From Patescibacteria group bacterium (GTDB lineage: Bacteria; Patescibacteriota; Patescibacteriia; WFTA01; S139-112), in the NCBI GenBank assembly GCA_015485715.1, contig WFTA01000039.1:1-46914 (forward strand): DNA of 46,914 nucleotides, read 5' to 3'. The position numbers and the translations under genes are program-made. Below are positions 46,776 through 46,914 of this stretch, piece after piece. The notes below the pieces were generated by a model. It ran no database searches, was not told the origin of the DNA, and was given only the letters and a program-made list of their open reading frames with translations. Every line of letters begins with the position of its first letter. Positions within the stretch are counted from its first letter, which is position 1.

Positions 46776-46855
46776 ACTTTTGAATTTTGCCTTTTGAATT
46801 TTATTATATTATTTCCTTAATTTTGAATTTTGATTTTTGAATTTTGAATTTTTAT
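46776..46855. repeat. Short tandem TTGAATTTT-type repeats
   Basis: acttttgaattttgccttttgaatttt...ttaattttgaattttgatttttgaattttgaattttt. Confidence 0.65.
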
Positions 46856-46914
46856 TACACATACTTATATTGTAAATAATCCAGCACCACAATGCAAGCT
46901 GCAATATACCAGAA

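Noticed and set aside
1-46914. Alternative genetic code (for example UGA recoding, as in some CPR lineages)
   Set aside because: Long conserved genes end at TGA, TAA or TAG at the expected lengths, ATGA stop/start overlaps use TGA as a stop, and no conserved gene is broken by in-frame stops under the standard code.

Overview
This is an AT-rich (about one-third G+C by eye), very gene-dense bacterial chromosomal segment. It reads cleanly in the standard code, has weak or absent Shine-Dalgarno signals, and has many 1-4 nt gene overlaps. The gene content suggests a Patescibacteria/CPR-like genome (inference only): tandem T4SS-type pilins with a GGFxWMTSGGD core, a 3187-aa orphan ORF, a minimal Rel, comF and dprA.

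Layout:
- 284-17127: one uninterrupted minus-strand array of GH125 mannosidase-like, MpgP-like HAD phosphatase, DUF763-like, chorismate mutase, HD hydrolase, lysS, comF, clpC, htpX, topA, dprA, rpoD and dnaG.
- Next come rel (+), parB and parA (-), and tRNA-Leu(CAA) (+).
- 20987-30780: a 9.6-kb giant ORF translationally coupled to a 77-aa ORF (-).
- Then a SEDS (rodA/ftsW) gene plus an unknown membrane protein (-).
- Plus-strand block: DUF948-like protein, dnaE, an unknown 400-aa anchored protein, a polyprenyl-phosphate mannose synthase and a GT-C glycosyltransferase.
- This block converges on five tandem pilin paralogs (one with a 30-Cys C-terminal extension), a solute-binding lipoprotein, a small kinase-like ORF and a TPR protein (all -).

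Non-coding content is unusually structured:
- Four copies of a ~105-bp element with 18-bp terminal inverted repeats. Two copies sit in a shared ~180-bp composite whose ~70-bp core is flipped between the copies, which looks like an invertible switch.
- A CCCAGAAC...GTTCTGGG palindrome family placed just upstream of gene starts.
- TTGAAAATT-type short tandem arrays in most of the larger intergenic gaps.

No CRISPR array, rRNA, transposase or integrase is visible. All homology calls come from motif recognition in the supplied translations, not from database searches.
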